Shown here: one piece after another, positions 63,800 to 64,000 of the stretch
Position numbering within the stretch: position 1 is the stretch's first letter
Layout of the letters: each line of letters begins with the position of its first letter
Notes under the pieces: generated by a model
The model's database searches: none
The model's input: only the letters and a program-made list of their open reading frames with translations
Told to the model about the DNA's origin: nothing
Position numbers and translations under genes: made by a program
From: Novakomyces olei
Lineage: Eukaryota
Length of the DNA: 64,000 nt
NCBI GenBank assembly: GCA_016906335.1
Contig: JADEYG010000012.1
Span: 868,001-932,000 of the forward strand
Reading direction: 5' to 3'

Positions 63800-64000
63800 C
63801 TACCTGTTTTTAGCCTTATCCCGACGATCAGATCTCCTCCTTACAGGCGGCACTTCAGGCTTCTCCTCGACGCGGCGCAAGTCATTCATGTACATATATC
63901 GACTCAAGAAAATCCAACCCCATCGGAACCAGACAAGCTGTGACACATGGCCTCTTGTCATAGCCAGGATAGCGCGTACAAAAGTCCCCGGGTGAGCGAG
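63800..64000 (-). CDS. 3' end of an unidentified gene truncated by the window
   Basis: Open frame LAHPGTFVRAILAMTRGHVSQLVWFRWGWIFLSRYMYMNDLRRVEEK...NR*. Confidence 0.55.
   Translation of the reverse strand, partial: LAHPGTFVRAILAMTRGHVSQLVWFRWGWIFLSRYMYMNDLRRVEEKPEVPPVRRRSDRRDKAKNR

Overview
Gene-dense, intron-rich fungal nuclear DNA. The style suggests an early-diverging ascomycete (Taphrinomycotina- or Lipomycetales-like; inference). The standard genetic code fits, with CTG at conserved Leu positions. I reconstructed about 30 protein-coding genes by hand across very short introns (down to 32-36 nt), many ending in AAG. They include APT1, RPD3, TRM1, SPA2, NBP2, TUM1, ENT3, SLX4, COG4, YNG2, HOS2, CGI121, a SidL/Sib3-like siderophore acyltransferase, HMG1, TRS33, RNPS1, FRS2, UGP1, STI1, GPI7 and RPC19, plus several micro- and minisatellites. 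Highlights: (1) a multi-exon secreted protein missed by the ORF track (12459-13804, minus) with N-terminal His after the signal peptide and an E-x-Y-x-x-C-x-D-I motif, i.e. a candidate LPMO-like His-brace copper protein; (2) a [D1,2] spliceosomal twin intron (stwintron) in that gene, required to keep its reading frame; (3) a siderophore acyltransferase with an ATCWGATAA iron-GATA site, divergently paired with HMG-CoA reductase; (4) a spliced PIGBOS1-like microprotein; (5) a GC-AG intron next to a 10-nt microexon in RPD3. No tRNA, rRNA, transposon or CRISPR was recognised. All gene models are manual and unverified by transcripts or database searches.
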